Positions 12,660-24,200 of a DNA stretch of 34,037 nucleotides are shown here, one piece after another. The notes below the pieces were generated by a model, which did no database searches, was not told the origin of the DNA, and was given only the letters and a program-made list of their open reading frames with translations. Made by a program: the position numbers and the translations under genes. The stretch is from Octopus bimaculoides (taxonomy: Eukaryota): positions 78,068,429 to 78,102,465 of the forward strand of contig NC_068982.1 in NCBI RefSeq assembly GCF_001194135.2, in the 5' to 3' direction. The first letter of the stretch is position 1. Each line of letters starts with the position of its first letter.

Positions 12660-13317
12660 GGATCTTTTTTAAAACGGGGGCCACATTTTTCATCAATGTT
12701 TTACGTAGTGTTTTTGGTACCGAAAGACTTTCAAACTTCGTATACTTATCTATTTTGTGTTATAGAACAGAAAAATATTTTTGTATTCGAATTTATTTCA
12801 TGTAAAAAATTGTCTTATTTCGATAATTTCAACCAATCACTGACAAGTATTCAGTTGTTTACATTTACTCCTTTGTCTCATTAAGCGATGTAAAGCGTAT
12901 TTAATCTCCATACCTTCGTTTTATTTGCTTTTTTCATTTTAAATTTGCTTTAACCCTAACCCTAACCCTAACCCTAACCCTAGGGTTNNNNNNNNNNNNN
13001 NNNNNNNNNNNNNNNNNNNNNNNNNNNNNNNNNNNNNNNNNNNNNNNNNNNNNNNNNNNNNNNNNNNNNNNNNNNNNNNNNNNNNNNNNNNNNNNNNNNN
13101 NNNNNNNNNNNNNNNNNNNNNNNNNNNNNNNNNNNNNNNNNNNNNNNNNNNNNNNNNNNNNNNNNNNNNNNNNNNNNNNNNNNNNNNNNNNNNNNNNNNN
13201 NNNNNNNNNNNNNNNNNNNNNNNNNNNNNNNNNNNNNNNNNNNNNNNNNNNNNNNNNNNNNNNNGTTTCAAAGTGTTTCGTTAATGAAAAATGTGGCCCC
13301 CGTTTTAAAAAAGATCC
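12660..13317. mobile_element. Non-autonomous DNA transposon (MITE), probably Merlin superfamily, containing (TAACCC)n
   Basis: Perfect 34-bp TIRs GGATCTTTTTTAAAACGGGGGCCACATTTTTCAT (12660-12693 / 13284-13317); perfect 8-bp TSD TATAGTAT (12652-12659 / 13318-13325). GG...CC termini with an 8-bp TSD fit Merlin. Interior partly N (12988-13264). Confidence 0.88.
12951..12987. repeat. Interstitial telomere-type repeat (TAACCC)5 followed by TAGGGTT
   Basis: Read directly; TTAGGG is the canonical metazoan and molluscan telomere unit. Confidence 0.95.
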
Positions 13318-13426
13318 TATAGTATTAGTCAAGGACTGAGGTCGCGATAATCGACTTGCTCTTCAAAACTGCTGGCTTTGTGTACAAGAATTAATTGTTG
13401 TTGTTGTTTTGTCGTTGATTATCATA

Positions 13427-13427
<1 letters not shown>

Positions 13428-13457
<30 letters not shown>

Positions 13458-13530
13458 AAAGCAGCAGCAGCAAAAGCAGCAGCAGCAAAAGCAGCAGCAG
13501 CAAAAGCAGCAGCAGCAAAAGCAGCAGCAG
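13428..13530. repeat. (GCA)n with five perfect 15-bp units CAAAAGCAGCAGCAG (13456-13530)
   Basis: Read directly. Confidence 0.95.
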
Positions 13531-13836
13531 TAGTTGTGGTAGTTAGAGTGTTTTCAATAAGTTGTATAAATAATCTGCTGGCTAAATGTAGTAAAGTGCA
13601 ATGACTGATAAAATGTTGCTCCGACCCTAATAATGTTTTATTGTGTGCCTGAGGTTTGAAGAGTTAAATAAAAGGTTTGTCGCTAATGTCTTCAAATAAA
13701 CAGCAAATGTATCGGTAATCGATGAAAAGCTTTCACGATAAAATTTATTCGGAAAAAATTCTATCACGTTCAGCATAATTTTGGCTGATTACATTTCTTT
13801 GTCATGCAATATTGATCCGATATCTGGCTAATAAAC

Positions 13837-14026
13837 AATCCTTTCTACAATAAGGACAAGAACCGAAATTTTGGTGGATAGAGTTTGTCGATTACATTGA
13901 CCCAGAGTTCAGCTGGTACTTATTCCATCGATGCCGGAAGGATGAAAGTCAAAGTCGATTTCGTTGAAAAGCCGGACGAAATGCTGCTAAGCATTTTGCC
14001 CAGCGTATTAACGGTTCTGCAAGCGA
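13837..14026 (-). mobile_element. Diverged type A SINE
   Basis: Reverse complement shows GCAGAACCGTTAATACGCTGGGCAAAATGCTTAGCAGCATTTCG...GACTTTGACTTTCATCC...GTAATCGAC and the type I tail. Confidence 0.85.
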
Positions 14027-14029
14027 AGC

Positions 14030-14055
14030 AATAATAATAATAATAATAATAATAA

Positions 14056-14146
<91 letters not shown>
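14030..14146. repeat. Compound (AAT)n(AGT)n(AAT)n microsatellite
   Basis: Read directly. Confidence 0.97.
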
Positions 14147-14148
<2 letters not shown>

Positions 14149-14641
14149 CCCGGATGCAGTACCAGGCAATGGCTCACATGGCTTCTGATCTTAATTGATT
14201 GGAAGTGTTGTCATGTACATTGTTTTGTCTTGGTATAAAAGATGGGCTACAGCAAATATTCTGCTTAATACCACAGATTTGCTTGTCAGTTGTTTGACCT
14301 TAACCAGTTGAGCATGTCCCTTGGTGGCTGATGATATGTGCATCTCTGATCATGAGCAGAAGTAGTGGGGGAGCATCATAGTCATGTGTTGAGAGGAATT
14401 CTTTGGGGTTTGAATAATTCACCTTTGGAAACATGGCTGTTTTGCTCAACATCCTTAAACAAACCTCATTCAGGGTCATGCGCTGTTTATCTTGATATGA
14501 GGTCACCGTGTCGCGCACACATGGTTGTGATGCATGTGCCTGATGTATCCTTTTCAGACAGGTAGTCATGATGGGTGTACTGGGCTTCGTATATTTGTAC
14601 CCCAGTGTCACTTTGATGGCATGCGCTGCTCCCTCACTCAC
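14147..14641. mobile_element. Unclassified ~490-bp interspersed repeat embedded between TAA tracts
   Basis: Sharp boundaries between an (AAT)n array and TAATAAT / a SINE tail; resembles a sequence I recall as high-copy in octopus; no protein motif recognised. Confidence 0.5.
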
Positions 14642-14860
14642 TAATAATGGTTTCAAATTTTTGCACAAGGCCAGCAATTTCGGTGTAATGGGTTAGTCGA
14701 TTACATAGACACCAGTGTTCAGCTGGTACTTATTTTATCAACTCCGAAAGGATGAAAGGCAAAGTTAACCTCGGTGGAATTTGAACTCAGAACATAAAGA
14801 CAGTCAAAATGCCGTGAAGCATTTTGCCTAGCATGCTAACGATTCTACCAGCTCGCCGAT

Positions 14861-14862
<2 letters not shown>
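14642..14862 (-). mobile_element. Type A SINE
   Basis: Reverse complement reads CGGCGAGCTGGTAGAATCGTTAGCATGC...GAGTTCAAATTCCACCGAGGTTAACTTTGCCTTTCATCC; preceded by (TTA)n. Confidence 0.9.
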
Positions 14863-14904
<42 letters not shown>

Positions 14905-14921
14905 TAATAATAATAATAATT
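14863..14921. repeat. (AAT)n microsatellite
   Basis: Read directly. Confidence 0.97.
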
Positions 14922-16664
14922 TCTTTTTTAGTCTCCAGGACTCGAGGATATACGAAAATACGAAACTTTCAATTGGTTTTAAACAAGAAATGTACAGTGG
15001 AGAAAACATCTTTGCAAATACGAAGAGAGTGGGTAAGAGACTTGCAATATATGGAAGGACATAATAAGAATTTTAAAGTGCACACACACCCACACACGTG
15101 CGTATACATATACACACATGAACGTACATGTGCATGCATACACTTAAAATAAGTAAAATATGAAATATTGCTAAATTGATTGAGTTCTGTATGTTATGAT
15201 TTTGTTCACTTCATCATTTCTCAGTCTTTGTTCGCGTGCAACCAAATGCATTACTAAGCATGTTTTGAGGTATCTGATATTGAAACACACAAACATCATT
15301 AGGGTTTTCTTCTTCTTTTTTTTTAATTTCGAAATTATAACTGTTTTGATTTTAATATTACTAGCAGTCTATCTTTTGCATGTGATATATACTTTGAATC
15401 TAACTGTTTACGCATCATTAAAACTTCTGAAAGATAATGGCACCACAGAAACGTACTTTTGTCTGTTAACTGTTTGATTTTTGAAGAACAATGAAACAGT
15501 TAATTTCTTTTCCTCTACGTTTTCTTCCATTATTTTCGTGAGGAGGGATTTCTTTATCGTTTAGAAGAAATTGCTACTCCTCACTCACTTTTGTTGTTTT
15601 TGTGTTTTGCTTCTTTTGCGATATTTTTCTCCTTTTTATCTTAACGTATTTCCGTCTGTAATTATTTCTTCATCATCGCACGATGATAGTGTGATATTAC
15701 AGTTTGGTACTCTTAGGAGACGAGGTATTTGTTCATCTATTTATACTTAGCCTTAATATATATGTATATTTTATAACCTTACAGTTTTGACTGGTTGTGC
15801 CCTGGAAACTGGGGTTGCTTTCTTTCTTGTTCTTGGTTTTCATTTTTTTGTCTTGGTTTTTCTTATTTTTTACTTAACTTTCCTAATTCTTCAGGGCGTT
15901 CAATTCTAAGCTATGTTTTGATCATACAAATATAACAAGCAAGCTTCCGACCTTTTATCATACTCAGCACCCTCTTCTGGGCACAGTTCTGGTATTCATC
16001 TATGGCCTTCAGGGGTCATTAAGACTTACAAGTCTATTTTGACTCCCAGTAACCACAAATTACCTCTCATTAAATCTGCTTTGACTATTCTCCCATACTG
16101 CGACACATTCTTGTGTTCCTTTGACCCATGTACTAAGGGCACAAAAGTCTAGCCAGAGGTCTGATAATTTTAACCTGCGTTCTGGCAGCATTTTCAGTTT
16201 TAAAAGTTCAGGAAATGGTACTGGGAATTTTTCCTTCTACGATTGAGATAATTTCTTTCGGTATGCTTTAGAGAGCTTGCTATATTATTTGAGGTAACAG
16301 GAAATGTAGATGGCTTCTATCTTTCGTGTGTGTTTGTGTGTGCGTTTATGAAATGTTTTCTGTCTTCTCATAAATTATCTGCTGAGGCAGAAAAAAAGAA
16401 AAGAACAAATGCTGCTTGTTTTGACGAAATTCTCCTCTCTGCATTCTTTTCTTGTAACCATAACAGATCCAAAACTTCTATTTGTTCGTTTATCCTTGAA
16501 TGAAGGTTTGTCTTCACACAGTTGTCATATGAACCAAACGTAGTGTTTGGAACTGACTAATATTTGCTACTCTACTGTTTTTTGTTGTTATTATTGTCGC
16601 TTCTTCGAAATCAATTTGAATATTTAGGACATTCTTTTTCTATTAAATGTGCACATGAAAACTA

Positions 16665-16850
16665 TGCAGAAGCCCGTCCGATGGACTGTAATTGTAATAC
16701 AAAAACTACAGCCTTGTCACATGCAGTGCCTCACCGATTCTGCCTGAGAATTACTCGTGTTTGTGGAATACACTGCCACTTAAACAATAATACAATGAAC
16801 AAGTAATCCATTTGATTAAACAATCAAATTCTCATCGTCGACACAGACGA
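16665..16850 (+). mobile_element. Diverged SINE 3' half (type D body)
   Basis: CAGCCTTGTCACA...GAGAATTAC...GCCACTT...CTCATCGTCG collinear with 33125-33295; preceded by the type B motif AGAAGCCCGTC. Confidence 0.6.
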
Positions 16851-17677
16851 ACACCCATTTATTTTTCAATTACTACTTTTGCTTATCTCAATCATTAATT
16901 TTAATATGATTATTTTCAAAGCCTCGTTGATTTTTCTTCGGGATTTTCCACCTACTTCTCTACAGGAACCGACCCACAATTAAATTATTAATCTAACTTT
17001 AGAAAATCAGGTTTCCTTTCATCTCTATCCCCCGCTTTATATCTTCAAATGAAGTTCTATTGATGTTTTATAGAATCAGGTAAATACGAAGATTTTTTAA
17101 GCACTCATTACCTTTTTAAAATTCTTAGTTTAATATCGAAAATATGGGACTCGGAATACCAAATATAGTCGTTATTTATTTCCTGTTGGAAAGAAATAAC
17201 AACTATGTATGCTAAATGACCAGGAATTGTATAAGAGAGATATCTGAGAAATCGGTTTCACCCACAGTATATTGTCAGTATTTGATTTCTGTCCCTTGGT
17301 CTCAAAAAAGAAAAAAAAAAAAAGATACATTTGACTCTAGGGGATTTGAACAAAGAATTTATAGCAACATAACTAAATGTCGGAAAGAATTCCTTCGACA
17401 TCGGACCATTTCTGTCATTGTACTGGCAAATGGTATTAACCTTCGTAAGAGCAAGGATTTGACTGCTCACTGGTATTTCTAGTAGGTGGCTCGAGTAAGA
17501 AATAACAGTCAAATCTCCCTCCATTAAGACTTTTTGTCTATAAAATGTGATGACCATATTAGATAGTGTGGTTCGGCCGACATTAACGGGGGAGGGAGGC
17601 GGGGTGGTAGATTTGTCCTGAAACCCCTTTGATCATAGGCTTTCTGGGTCAAGGTGGACTGTGGCTAAATAACGATA

Positions 17678-17855
17678 CCACCACCACCACCGCCACCATA
17701 GCAACAAGAAGAAGAAGAAGAAGAAGAAGAACAACAACAACAACAACTACTACTACTACTACTACTACCATGTAACTGGTAATACTGCCACTACTGCTTC
17801 TACTACAACTTCTAGTACTACTTCTAGTACTACTTCTACTACTATAACTGCTGCT
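17678..17855. repeat. Compound trinucleotide array (CAC)(GAA)(CAA)(CTA)
   Basis: Read directly. Confidence 0.93.
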
Positions 17856-18296
17856 GTGACGTATCTGTAAAATTACCGAAACCACAATAAGATGTAACGC
17901 CCACTTGGTAATTAACTTACATTTTAATAATCAATTGCCTCTTCAATTTCTTATGCAATACTAAAATCGTTCCACTTTTCAGTTTCACTGGTGTTTTGCA
18001 CCATGTTCATTCTAGAAGTTAGCTCGAAGTTATTTTAATGTTGTTGGAAATTTACATATTGACGATTTTTTCTATTCTTCACTCACTAGCATTATCGGCT
18101 CTTTACACCCCTTCTCCCGCTCTTTTTCTACCATTATCCTTCTCGCTCTATATCTCTCTACCTCTGTTTTTTGATGAAGGACTAACGTTCGAAATGTTAA
18201 GATATATTATATTTTCATTAAAACGTTAAACTTTTACCTTATTTGTAGAAACTCGTTCCTCCTGTATTTTAAGTGTTCACTGATTGTATTTACATT

Positions 18297-18315
18297 ATGT
18301 GTGTGTGTGTGTGTA

Positions 18316-18352
<37 letters not shown>

Positions 18353-18645
18353 ATGTATATATGATGAGCTCACAATGACCTAGTTTCCTAAAACTCATTC
18401 AAAAGGTGTAGCTGTCTGGATGAAGGCATATCTTTAGTGTTTGTACTTAGTTTTTTCCTATTTACTTTTCATAATCTTTCGATCATCTCCCTCCTTCTCT
18501 TTCACTTTGTTTCCCTCCTCTCTCTCTTTCAATACTCACACACACATACGCGCATGGACACACATACACACACAGACACACATACACATACACATACACA
18601 CACACATACACACACACATACACACACACGGACATGGACACACGC
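18297..18645. repeat. (TG)n/(TATG)n (18297-18362) and (CA)n-like (18535-18645) microsatellites
   Basis: Read directly. Confidence 0.9.
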
Positions 18646-18660
18646 ACATGTATCTGTGAT

Positions 18661-18761
18661 GATCAAGTTGACTTAGATTTCAGATTTCACCAGTTGGCTT
18701 GTTCAACCGGTTTGGTTGAACAAGTCCATAGGCGAAACTTGAAGTCCCTGTCAACTTGATT
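18661..18761. other. ~100-bp imperfect palindrome (foldback hairpin); small MITE or pre-miRNA-like
   Basis: ATCAAGTTGAC / GTCAACTTGAT outer arms and CTTGTTCAACC / GGTTGAACAAG inner arms (11 bp each, perfect), partly paired middle, 5-nt loop. Confidence 0.8.
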
Positions 18762-19669
18762 AACTGGACTTTCATAATAAATTTAAATCTGCTCACATCA
18801 TCAAAAAACGATCTGTTGTTATTCCTAAACCAGCTTTGAAATAATATCATTATTTTTACATTTATATATGATCAATAAATAATACATTGTACAGTACATA
18901 TTTTCTCAGCCTTTTCTAACCTATTTCCAGCCTTTACGATACACATTAGACTGGAGGTAAACCTCTAGCTTTATCTAATACATTTCTATCTACCGTCAAA
19001 AATGGATATAATCAATAAAATTTGTATCGTAATTCGCAGATGCTCCAGTATATGAAAATTACGATAGAAGACTGTTTAAATGCTCGATACAACGTACTAT
19101 TCAGTGAATGATGGCTGTAGATAAGGCCCCGAAGGAGCGATGTTTAGTATCTGTGAGCTTTAGGTGCCGATACAATATATGCGAACATTTAGGACTGTAT
19201 TATTGCAGTCTGCAATTCAGTCATCCCAACAAACATGCTGATCAGTTCCGCGACTCCGCCTTTTCAATTACATCACACGTTTATCATGAACTCCTTCACT
19301 TCAAATCTGTACAATATAACCTTGTGCATTATTATAAATATAACATCAAGTAATATATATTTCACTATTATACTATCAAAGTTTCTTGAGCACATCTACG
19401 TCGATCATGTATTGTCCTGTATAGTCTTATCATATATCTCCAGCACGTGTTTCCTTCATAACTACCAAATATTTCCTATCTTATTCCGAATTATCTATTG
19501 ATTAATTATTAATCTATAACAATGCAATTAGCCTCATCTCTATTAATTAATCTATTCATCTAATTATGCATTACTCATTTAATTAATTTGTTAATTATCT
19601 ACAAAATCGTATTTTTAAGCTGTCATTTAGTTAATTGCTATATCTATTTCGGTGGCCATGAAGGACATT

Positions 19670-19955
19670 TTCAAGAATCCTTAGGTTCAAGCTGTATGTG
19701 TGGCATCTCAGGCAAGATGCTTCTACCACAGTCTCAGGTAAACCAAAGCCTTATGAGTAAAACTGAATGGACAGAAACTGTGTAGAAGCCTGTCAGTAGA
19801 TCGTATAATTTAATTGTACGGCCTTTCAACACACTGTGTCACACTTATTCTGTTTGACAATAACATTAAAGATACATGCGCCTGCGGTATATTCAGCCAC
19901 TAACACTTGAATTCAATGAACAAGTAAGTTTGTTGATCGATACCGACAGAGATCC
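19670..19955 (+). mobile_element. Diverged SINE: type B head region joined to type D 3' half
   Basis: GTGGCATCTCAGGCAAG...CCAAAGCCTTATGAG...AGAAGCCTGTC (type B) then CACACTGTGTCACAC...CAGCCACT...GTTGATCG (type D). Confidence 0.6.
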
Positions 19956-20779
19956 ATGAATACATTTTTGATAAATTTTATCAAACGCTCACGTATATTT
20001 ATCCTACAACTCACGAATAACTATCACAAACAAGAAATACGCACGCAAACAAAATTATATTTATTAGTTAACCACCTTCCCATCACTCTTGTAATGATAT
20101 TTATTGTTTTTTACCTAAACTCTTCTCACATTATTCCATATTCTATATATATTTATGTCTTTCACTGTTTCACTGTTTCACTTTAATTCCAGTCTGGGAG
20201 TAATCTTTCCTTTTTTTTTGCACAATTACATTGTATTTCACGCGTTAATAACTCGAGGCCACAATGGGCCAGTGTGTGCGTGTGTTCTTCAACCATCCTG
20301 CTTACATACCTGTTTTGTTCGCTATAATTGCCATCTGATTGAATGTCCTTACTCGTGAAAACTCACAAGTAACGTTTTATGAATGCGACCAAACTTACAC
20401 ATGTATACATGCACACACACAAACACATATAAACATGTGTATGTATGTTTGCGTGCTTGCATAAAGGTGTGTGGTCTGGTGTGCAGGGTGTTGACCGTAC
20501 GATCATCAGCTTGTAGTTTCGGTTTCTGGATTGGGCGTCGTGTTGTGCCATTCAACAAGGCATTTCTTTTTACATTGATCCAGTCTACTCAGATGAAAAT
20601 GAGTAACAGCTGAGTAATACTGCTTCAGCCATTTCTCCCACCAGCTGCCACATATTTGATGTTCTGCTGGGAAGGAATGTCTGTTCACAGATACAAAGGC
20701 ATCTAAAATAATTAGTGAAAGCGTGGAGCAAGCTACCTGCGAGCGTCGGAGGCATATACAAACACAAACGGCAACATGT

Positions 20780-20829
20780 ACACATGCACACACACACGTG
20801 CATGTGCGCGCGCACGCACACGCACACGC

Positions 20830-20890
<61 letters not shown>
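20780..20890. repeat. (CA)n/(CACG)n microsatellite
   Basis: Read directly. Confidence 0.97.
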
Positions 20891-20891
<1 letters not shown>

Positions 20892-20954
20892 TTATATGCA
20901 TATCCATTTAGGAACACACCTTTCATTGGGTTGGATTAGTCCTGGTATTCCTCT

Positions 20955-21070
20955 GAGGTCGAGAAAATAAACATCTGAGAAAGTATTGGTGTCCATAAAT
21001 CTAGGAAAACCATTGAAAGTTGTGCTCCAGTATGGCCGCACACTAATAACTGCAATCAGTAAAATAATAA
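20955..21070 (+). mobile_element. SINE 3' fragment with GCTCCAGYATGGC tail
   Basis: GAGGTCGAGAAAATAA core remnant, then GTGCTCCAGTATGGCCGCA...AGTAAAATAA; same tail as 31935-32160. Confidence 0.55.
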
Positions 21071-21127
21071 AATATATATGTGTGCGTTCATGAGTGTGTA
21101 AGCATGTATAATATATAAATCTCTCTC

Positions 21128-21290
21128 AGGAGCGGCTGTGTGGTAACAAGTTTACTTCCCAACCACATGGTTCTGGGTTCAGTCCTACTGCGTGACACCA
21201 TCGGCAAGTGTCTTCTACTATAGCCTCGGGCCGACCAAAGCCTTGTGAGTAGATTTGGTAGATGGAAACTGAAAGACGTCCGTCGTATAT
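21128..21290 (+). mobile_element. tRNA-derived SINE, head type B, running into (TA)n and a gap
   Basis: GGAGCGGCTGTGTGGTAA (A box) ... GGGTTCAGTCC (B box) ... TATAGCCTCGGGCCGACCAAAGCCTTGTGAG...GGAAACTGAAAG. Confidence 0.9.
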
Positions 21291-22119
21291 ATATATAAAT
21301 ATANNNNNNNNNNNNNNNNNNNNNNNNNNNNNNNNNNNNNNNNNNNNNNNNNNNNNNNNNNNNNNNNNNNNNNNNNNNNNNNNNNNNNNNNNNNNNNNNN
21401 NNNNNNNNNNNNNNNNNNNNNNNNNNNNNNNNNNNNNNNNNNNNNNNNNNNNNNNNNNNNNNNNNNNNNNNNNNNNNNNNNNNNNNNNNNNNNNNNNNNN
21501 NNNNNNNNNNNNNNNNNNNNNNNNNNNNNNNNNNNNNNNNNNNNNNNNNNNNNNNNNNNNNNNNNNNNNNNNNNNNNNNNNNNNNNNNNNNNNNNNNNNN
21601 NNNNNNNNNNNNNNNNNNNNNNNNNNNNNNNNNNNNNNNNNNNNNNNNNNNNNNNNNNNNNNNNNNNNNNNNNNNNNNNNNNNNNNNNNNNNNNNNNNNN
21701 NNNNNNNNNNNNNNNNNNNNNNNNNNNNNNNNNNNNNNNNNNNNNNNNNNNNNNNNNNNNNNNNNNNNNNNNNNNNNNNNNNNNNNNNNNNNNNNNNNNN
21801 NNNNNNNNNNNNNNNNNNNNNNNNNNNNNNNNNNNNNNNNNNNNNNNNNNNNNNNNNNNNNNNNNNNNNNNNNNNNNNNNNNNNNNNNNNNNNNNNNNNN
21901 NNNNNNNNNNNNNNNNNNNNNNNNNNNNNNNNNNNNNNNNNNNNNNNNNNNNNNNNNNNNNNNNNNNNNNNNNNNNNNNNNNNNNNNNNNNNNNNNNNNN
22001 NNNNNNNNNNNNNNNNNNNNNNNNNNNNNNNNNNNNNNNNNNNNNNNNNNNNNNNNNNNNNNNNNNNNNNNNNNNNNNNNNNNNNNNNNNNNNNNNNNNN
22101 NNNNNNNNNNNNNNNATAT

Positions 22120-22225
22120 AAATAATAGTAATAATAATATTAGGGATACAAATCCAAATTTAAGGTAAAAATTCAATAAATTCAATTTATTAAAAATTAA
22201 AATTAAATTAAGTTTCACAGTATAA
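22120..22225 (+). repeat. AT-rich dispersed repeat next to (TA)n; inverted homolog at 25205-25300
   Basis: AATAATATTAGGGATACAAATCCAAATTTAAGGTAAAAATTCAAT matches the reverse complement of 25205-25300 (AATAATATTAATGATAAAATCCAAATTTACAGGGAAAAATTCAAT). Confidence 0.7.
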
Positions 22226-24117
22226 AATAAACCTTGGTACCAGACAACCAGTGAGCTTTTGAATGCTGGCTATCTGGGTCTCTATTGACATTGTCGAGTG
22301 TGTCAATGAAGTAAAATAAAAATAGATTAAGAATAGAGAAAGCTATTGAGCTATGAAATATCGATTAGCCAATGAAAGAGGAATTCATTGTCATATGTTA
22401 CCATAGACTCCTCACGCTGTTAGAAACCCTCATACGGAGTTAATTTTTGGAATGTTAGTCATAAAGCTGTATGAAACATCCGCCAAAATGTTAGAGTTTT
22501 GCTATGACTAAGACCCTAAGAGAGGATTCTAACTCAGCCCTTAAACCTAAATAAATATCTATGTGCTATATAATTAGTGTTGCTACGTATAAAAACGAAA
22601 TATCGATCTTTGACCGACAGTTAATTTCCAGGATTGTGTCCCCTTTTGTGTCTCCTTTTGTAGATTAAAATCAATAATGATTTTGTGTGTACCAGTATGA
22701 GTGTAATTATAATTAATTAACTTTTCTAGGTTCATTACATCAATTATATTGAAGACTCTTGGCATTTAGCCCACATCTCTCCCTGATAACCACAATACTC
22801 TGTCCTCACCCCCGATCCCGCTTTCTATCATCTCTTGTTTTGCTGCATCTCATTCTCATCCTCACGAGCATGTTCCTTTCTCACGTTTTTTCCTTTGTCT
22901 CTCTCTTTCTTGATTTCTTGCTCGCCCGCATCTGTCTCCCTTTCTCCCCCTCCCCTCTCTATCCTTTTTTTCCAAACAGAAAATAATTTAGCCTACCATC
23001 TGGCTAATAACTATTATTTTCTTAAGTTAACACACCACTTTTTTCGTGAAAATTGTCTGATGTATAAATATAGATATTAGGTGAGTTTATTGTTTAAAAC
23101 TTCGCTAGTTTCGTGTGAGTATGTATGTGTATGTGTGTGCGTGTGAGTGTGCCGCTGAAATCNNNNNNNNNNNNNNNNNNNNNNNNNNNNNNNNNNNNNN
23201 NNNNNNNNNNNNNNNNNNNNNNNNNNNNNNNNNNNNNNNNNNNNNNNNNNNNNNNNNNNNNNNNNNNNNNNNNNNNNNNNNNNNNNNNNNNNNNNNNNNN
23301 NNNNNNNNNNNNNNNNNNNNNNNNNNNNNNNNNNNNNNNNNNNNNNNNNNNNNNNNNNNNNNNNNNNNNNNNNNNNNNNNNNNNNNNNNNNNNNNNNNNN
23401 NNNNNNNNNNNNNNNNNNNNNNNNNNNNNNNNNNNNNNNNNNNNNNNNNNNNNNNNNNNNNNNNNNNNNNNNNNNNNNNNNNNNNNNNNNNNNNNNNNNN
23501 NNNNNNNNNNNNNNNNNNNNNNNNNNNNNNNNNNNNNNNNNNNNNNNNNNNNNNNNNNNNNNNNNNNNNNNNNNNNNNNNNNNNNNNNNNNNNNNNNNNN
23601 NNNNNNNNNNNNNNNNNNNNNNNNNNNNNNNNNNNNNNNNNNNNNNNNNNNNNNNNNNNNNNNNNNNNNNNNNNNNNNNNNNNNNNNNNNNNNNNNNNNN
23701 NNNNNNNNNNNNNNNNNNNNNNNNNNNNNNNNNNNNNNNNNNNNNNNNNNNNNNNNNNNNNNNNNNNNNNNNNNNNNNNNNNNNNNNNNNNNNNNNNNNN
23801 NNNNNNNNNNNNNNNNNNNNNNNNNNNNNNNNNNNNNNNNNNNNNNNNNNNNNNNNNNNNNNNNNNNNNNNNNNNNNNNNNNNNNNNNNNNNNNNNNNNN
23901 NNNNNNNNNNNNNNNNNNNNNNNNNNNNNNNNNNNNNNNNNNNNNNNNNNNNNNNNNNNNNNNNNNNNNNNNNNNNNNNNNNNNNNNNNNNNNNNNNNNN
24001 NNNNNNNNNNNNNNNNNNNNNNNNNNNNNNNNTATACATATATATATATGCATGTATATATATGATAAATTCTTGCACACACACATACGCGCACACGGAA
24101 AAATATAAAGGTAATAT

Positions 24118-24123
24118 TATGTG

Positions 24124-24171
<48 letters not shown>

Positions 24172-24200
24172 TGTGTGTGTGTGAGTGTATGTGTGTATGT
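24118..24200. repeat. (TG)n microsatellite
   Basis: Read directly. Confidence 0.95.

Noticed and set aside
12951-12987. Ancient chromosome fusion site or true telomere
   Set aside because: Orientation is opposite to an end-to-end fusion, the array is only 5 units, and it lies inside a TIR/TSD-bounded transposon.
15860-16050. Acceptor-like site at ~15895 as an exon start
   Set aside because: Two frames close quickly, the third is unrecognisable, and no strong donor follows.
17588-17607. G-quadruplex motif GGGGGAGGGAGGCGGGGTGG
   Set aside because: Only three runs of three or more G and no gene context; unremarkable.
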